Both the position numbers and the translations under genes were made by a program. A stretch of DNA of 64,000 nt from Eledone cirrhosa (lineage: Eukaryota): contig OZ024740.1 of the NCBI GenBank assembly GCA_964016885.1, positions 371,008,001 to 371,072,000 of the forward strand, given 5' to 3'. The stretch's first letter is position 1, and each line of letters starts with the position of its first letter. The notes below the pieces were generated by a model. It was not told the origin of the DNA and did not search any database. It was given only the letters and a program-made list of their open reading frames with translations. Shown here piece by piece: positions 63,593 through 64,000 of the stretch.

Positions 63593-64000
63593 TTAACAAA
63601 AAATTTTAAAGTAAAATTCTGATGAAAGATTTTAATATATGTATGAACATTTTAAAATAAGTTATCTATCATAAAACCAGGGCAGTTTCCGGCAGGTTGG
63701 TATCAGAAGCGTTAACCTCACAACTACTGCTACTCAGAAAATGAATGCTCCAGGTAAAGATCAAACTCACAACTTGCATATTTTGAGGTTGAGATTGAGA
63801 TAATATATTTTAGATATAATAATAATGTGAAAGTTGAAGAGTACCTGACACCTGAAATGGTAGGAGCTAGTTGATACAATTAACCTTCAGAACGTGAATT
63901 TTTTATATGAATTGCCTCCCTTGACACTGCATTATGTATTAAGGGGAGATTACTCTATTGACGCAATTCGTCGCCGACTGCTTTAAAGGTTAAATACCAG

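Noticed and set aside
54830-64000. ARL5 exons 1-2
   Set aside because: No sequence encoding the GLDNAGKT P-loop was found by eye; presumed outside the window.

Overview
AT-rich, repeat-dense animal genomic DNA. The SINE families, (GAT)n-tailed RTE elements and TTAGGG repeats suggest a mollusc, probably an octopus-like cephalopod (inference). One host gene is firmly recognisable: ARL5 (ARF-like GTPase 5) on the minus strand, with four exons at 54828-46017; exons 1-2 were not found and probably lie beyond the right edge. There is also one unidentified candidate exon near 5.7 kb. Most of the rest is transposable-element material: Buster-type hAT, a full-length DD34D mariner, pogo/Tc1, hAT and piggyBac MITEs, LINE fragments of the RTE, CR1, CRE and R4 clades, Neptune- and Naiad-like Penelope elements, and dozens of SINEs. 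Three things stand out. (1) At least nine type-I hammerhead-ribozyme motifs (complete, decayed or half) occur in 64 kb, mostly in tiny elements next to (TA)n. Several form snap-back palindromes centred on the ribozyme itself, and one carries a hammerhead on each strand 1.6 kb downstream of the ARL5 stop codon. (2) A degenerate (TTAGGG)n array faces a (CCCTAA)n array in telomere-fusion polarity and is entered through a perfect fold-back. (3) A 72-bp minisatellite keeps its reading frame across all units. All calls were made by eye; repeat boundaries are approximate unless TIRs or splice sites are quoted.
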